This document shows, piece by piece, positions 63,585 through 64,000 of a stretch of 64,000 nucleotides of DNA (position 1 is its first letter; each line of letters begins with the position of its first letter). Location of the stretch: assembly GCA_963850905.1 (NCBI GenBank), contig CAWKMU010000003.1, positions 160,001 through 224,000 on the forward strand, written 5' to 3'. A program made the translations under genes and the position numbers. The notes under the pieces are model-generated. The model ran no database searches. It saw nothing but the letters and a program-made list of their open reading frames with translations, and was not told where the DNA came from. Source of the stretch: an uncultured Gemmatimonadales bacterium (GTDB lineage: Bacteria > Gemmatimonadota > Gemmatimonadetes > Gemmatimonadales > Gemmatimonadaceae).

Positions 63585-64000
63585 TCGAGCTGCTCGGCCT
63601 CACGAAGCGATACGGCAGCTTCACCGCTGTCGATGGGATCGACCTCACCGTACCGCGCGGTGAGTTGTTCGGCTTTCTGGGACCCAATGGTGCGGGCAAG
63701 ACCACCACGCTGCGCATGATTGCGGGCATCCTCAGACCGACGGCAGGCACCGTCCGCGTCGCAGGCACCGACGTCACCGCCGATCCAACCACAGCGAAGT
63801 CTCACCTCGGCTTCATCCCGGATCGCCCATTCATCTACGAGAAGCTGCGCGGCATGGAGTTTCTGCGTTTCGTCGCCGGTCTCTACGGACAGGCGGGTCC
63901 CGAAGTCGAGCGCCGCGCTCGCGAGCTGCTCGCCCTGTTCGATCTCGAGCCGTGGCGGGACGAGTTGGTCGAGAGCTACAGCCACGGCATGCGGCAGAAG
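63581..64000 (+). CDS. ABC transporter ATP-binding protein (partial, runs off window)
   Basis: Own translation: VIELLGLTKRYG...FGFLGPNGAGKTT (Walker A)...YSHGMRQK (signature). Confidence 0.92.
   Translation, partial: MIELLGLTKRYGSFTAVDGIDLTVPRGELFGFLGPNGAGKTTTLRMIAGILRPTAGTVRVAGTDVTADPTTAKSHLGFIPDRPFIYEKLRGMEFLRFVAGLYGQAGPEVERRARELLALFDLEPWRDELVESYSHGMRQK

Overview
High-GC bacterial chromosomal window. The ribosomal-protein and RNA-polymerase sequence style suggests Gemmatimonadota, which is my inference and not a database result. The minus strand carries the core translation/transcription supercluster: uvrA, a ybjN-like/pspA/AI-2E group, cysS, tRNA-Thr/Tyr/Gly/Thr, tuf, rpmG-secE-nusG-rplKAJL-rpoBC, then rpsL-rpsG, then fusA-tuf-S10-spc as far as rplO. 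Two accessory blocks interrupt this core. (1) A ~2.5 kb opposite-strand cassette (methyltransferase, GtrB-like GT2, methyltransferase) lies between rpsG and fusA, leaving fusA with its own sigma70-like promoter and a structured leader. (2) A ~23 kb island between rpoC and rpsL encodes eight polytopic GT-C-like membrane proteins (three paralog pairs and two singletons), a CslA-like processive GT2, two arylsulfotransferase (ASST) lipoproteins in a ~2 kb tandem duplication, two paralogous small exported Cys-pair proteins of no family I recognise, and an amidohydrolase. Together these look like a candidate envelope glycosylation/sulfation system. GTAG-type REP palindromes and heptamer repeats fill the core intergenic spaces. 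From about 34 kb onward many genes, including essential ones, carry single-base frameshifts that are most likely sequencing or assembly errors, so coordinates for those genes are approximate spans.
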